Made by a program: the position numbers and the translations under genes. A stretch of DNA of 41,717 nucleotides from Paraspadella gotoi (Eukaryota; Animalia; Chaetognatha): assembly GCA_051294375.1 (NCBI GenBank), contig JBJCIZ010000205.1, positions 1 to 41,717 of the forward strand, read 5' to 3'. This document shows, in pieces, positions 38,881 to 41,717 of this stretch (its first letter is position 1; each line of letters opens with the position of its first letter). Below the pieces are notes generated by a model. That model saw only the letters and a program-made list of their open reading frames with translations, ran no database searches and was not told the origin of the DNA.

Positions 38881-39529
38881 TTGGGCTTTTCTCTGAGGCT
38901 AGGGTCGACGTCCTTAAATGGCTTTAGAAAAGCTTCTTTTCCCCGGTCGTCGTGCTTTTGTTTTCGCTTTTTCGAGCTTCCTCTTGCTTCGAGTTCCTCG
39001 GCACTTGGCTTATGATGCACTATGGTTGTTGCCGGGATGTGATCTTTTCTGACTTTTCTGAGATGAGGCTCTTTCCCTGTTAGGTCAGCCTGTACTGGTT
39101 CGGCTGTGTCGTCGGTTTCGAGGTGTAATTCAGTTTTTGCCTCATTAGTGATTAAGGGGCGCGCTGTTCCCCAGTGACCTGGCTCGGCGTCTAATTCTAT
39201 CCCCTCTTTCAGTTGGTCACCTTCCGCGATGTATATTTTATCTTCATTTTCGGCCTCGATGATCCATCGCNNNNNNNNNNATCGCGTCCCGGTTAGAGTT
39301 TTCCAGAAGGCCTTGTTGGATGTTAACCTAATCTTTCCATCTTGGTCTCTTTCGGCGTGTAGAGGCAAGGTTGTTTGTTCATCTATGCTTCCTCGTGCAA
39401 GCCATCTTGCAGCTTTCAGCGCCTCATACTTGTTCTCGAACAAGTGTGTGACTGGTTTATTATCCATTGAAGCTATTTGCAAATCTTGCCTTTTGTCGGA
39501 CGGTTGTACTACCCAGAGTTGGTTCGGCG

Positions 39530-39813
39530 GGCCTGGGTTGGTGATGGCGGTTCCAATGATTATGTCATTGTCGTTTTCGTCAGCTGACACATAAAAAATT
39601 GTCCGTAATACCCAGTTTTGAAACATCACCCTTAGGTTGATTCTTTCTGTTAAAGTGATGTTTCCGGTGGCCGTGGATAATCGTAGCGGCGTTCCGTGGT
39701 AGATGTGGCTAGACAATCCCCACTTTTCTACGAATTTTCTTGGCACCGTGTTGATTGAGGCGCCGGTATCATATAAGCAGCTAGCGGGCGCCCCTGCGAT
39801 TACCGCTGGGATG
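39530..39813 (-). CDS. pol: Retropepsin-type aspartic protease domain of pol
   Basis: IPAVIAGAPASCLYDTGASINTV (DTG at 39762-39770), flap LSTATG, closing motif DIIIG. Confidence 0.93.
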
Positions 39814-39829
39814 NNNNNNNNNNGTCCTG

Positions 39830-41717
39830 TGTGGCAAGCGAGGTTTGTGTCGTCCCTGGGTTTGGGTCCAGGTCCTTCTTGCAATGTGTGGGTGATGACT
39901 TCCGGAAGGCCAGGCAAGTCCGTTTCGTCTCTGTAGGTTTCCGCTTTGGTTTTTACAGGTAGAAAGGTTTCCGGTTGGTGACACTCTAGTTCTACTCGTC
40001 TGATTGTAGCCTGGTGAAGCGATTCTCCAGTTTGTTCGCCGGCTATTATGCAATATGTGGGATTGTCTTTGCTACCGGCTGGCCTTAGTTTCCTCAAGCC
40101 CAACCTTTCCCCGCGTTTTGTTGGGTTTGGCCTATTTCTTTTTTGTGGGTGAGGAAAGGCGATCGGGAGAACATCTGGTGATTGATTGATTGGTCGAGTT
40201 GATTGGTCGAGTAGATTGGGAAGTCGAGTAACTTGATTTGTTGAGTGACTTGTTGATTTATCCGGCTGGTTGGATGATTGGATGATTGGGCGATTAGATG
40301 ATTTGGCGTCGTTTCGCTTTGCCCTCCTCATTAACTTGGCGCAGGCCTTTGATCTCGAAATGATGGCTTTCTTTCCAGCCATATCTGCGAGGGACCACTC
40401 TTTCCAACCCNNNNNNNNNNTGAATTTGTTGGCGAGGGCAATTTCGTTGGCGTCAAGGGGTCTGAAAAGCTTGTACATTCTCGATGCTGTAGATTTGCCC
40501 CTTAGTTTGTTTGCTGTGCCAGCCAAGGTTTTTACTTTTTCTCTGAGGTGGGTGTTAACATCCTTGGTGTTAATCGCCATCACTTTTTCTCCAAGCTCCT
40601 TGTAAGTATCTTTTAGCTGTTGTTGTTGTCTTTTTTCTANNNNNNNNNNNNNNNNNNNNNNTATGACACGGTTGTAATAAAAATCGTTTTTATTGTCATC
40701 AAGATCAGAGGCAGAGTCAACATCAACAGCATGGGTTAAATCTACAATGTCTCTCCTTTTTCCGAAATGGCTTTTTCTTCCCTTTTTTTCGTCACGCCAG
40801 CTTGGCTTTTTGTCGTTTTTCCAGTCGCGATTCTTGTAAGGNNNNNNNNNNNNNNNNNNNNNNNGGCTGCGTCGCTCCCGGCGTTCGTAGCGGTCCTCTC
40901 GACGGTCGGTTTGACGTCCGTTCCTCCCTAACTCCTTCTTGAGCTCCTTCATCATCTNNNNNNNNNNGTTCATTTCCTGCAACATTGAGCCTTGATAAAA
41001 TGATGTGGCGCTGGCGGTCGGATCCTTGTCGGTCTGCCCTTTTTGCACCAGAGCATTGACCAATTTTTCTTTATCGTCTTCAGACACAGTCTTGGCACGA
41101 TTCAACTGAAGGACTGCACGTTTGACAGCGATCACGGAGCACAGTCTACATATTCTTCAGAGGTTAACCTCTTGTTAGTATTATATACTACTGATCGCTT
41201 TTCCTAAGCGACGAGTTTCGCCATGTTCGAGCAGCGTCGTCCACTCCAAAGTCTCTGACGTGATTCCAGGCACGTAGGGTTCAAGGCACGAGCATTTGTG
41301 CGACATAGTCAGGGATGGAAGCCCTGTCTTTTTCCCTGACTGCGCTCGAAATTCTCCTTGGCGGCGTTGACCAATGCCAGGCCATATTTGGCGTGGATCT
41401 GCGGGTCCACTTCGATTTTTGCCTCGGCGAGGGCCTCGGTAATGCTTATGGTGGAGCCCTCGCAGAATGCCCTTAGCCCAGCCACATTGATTGATTTATA
41501 GGTTCGACGTATCGGCTGGCGATTTTATCTCTGGCGAGAAGGGCGCGTAGTTGCTGGTCCACTTTATCTGGCGTCGGTGAGTCCTTGAAGGCTTCGTAAA
41601 AACTTCTGAGGAATTCGGCCGGAGATTCGTCGGACCTCCTTTTTTCGAGCTTTATTGGCTGCTCAGACGGGGAATATGAAGGTGGGTCGCTCCTTCCACT
41701 CTCGGATGGTGTTTCCT
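39830..41717 (-). CDS. gag: Gag-like protein, partial; frameshifted above ~41135, in frame with protease below
   Basis: N-terminal part of ORF 38865..41135 is helical and basic (RREDRYERRERR, KKGRKSHFGKRR) and lies directly upstream of the protease. No CCHC knuckle visible. Assignment is positional. Confidence 0.7.

Larger units (their letters stand above)
35112..41717 (-). mobile_element. Ty3/Gypsy LTR retrotransposon gag-pol region (cleaner copy; 5' end lies beyond the window)
   Basis: Domain order gag-PR-RT-RH-IN with Gypsy-type motifs: LYDTGA; WDYRDVF; WRLICDL; SVDILACFHQV; KLPMGGVNS; LRAMLASLNYYRCF..FSYIAQPLH; YPLSFHSKSF..KFKGYTCGRNVTLVTD; CDNC; GDLVLARR..YSGP. Confidence 0.96.

Noticed and set aside
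35476-40605. Plus-strand ORFs over the minus-strand pol
   Set aside because: Antisense shadows of pol, or ORFs inflated by N-runs.
35112-41717. BEL/Pao assignment, suggested by known chuvirus-G capture in that group
   Set aside because: RT thumb (NYYR.F..FS.IA.PL), RNase H and protease motifs are Ty3/Gypsy-type, and no triple zinc-knuckle gag is seen.

Overview
Eukaryotic draft-assembly sequence, probably an invertebrate animal. It is microsatellite-rich, full of indel errors and has many 10-N and 25-N gaps. Bases 1-17.6 kb look like host intronic/intergenic DNA with (GA)n/(AAT)n tracts, a 30-bp minisatellite and a few unidentifiable exon-like patches. From 17.7 kb onward the window holds parts of one Ty3/Gypsy LTR retroelement family. 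(i) A cleaner minus-strand gag-protease-RT-RNaseH-integrase copy (41717 to 35112). (ii) A very error-rich inverted plus-strand copy with 5' LTR and tRNA-Leu-like PBS (26220-35086). (iii) A minus-strand envelope gene whose cysteine pattern matches chuvirus-type (gB-like, class III) glycoproteins; it ends 23 nt before a polypurine tract and a 3' LTR homologous to the LTR ahead of gag. The shared LTR ties env to the Gypsy gag-pol, making this a candidate invertebrate endogenous retrovirus with a chuvirus-like envelope. The env is split by about 5 kb of other sequence, and several local duplications are probably assembly artefacts. All homology calls are motif recognition by eye; no search was run.
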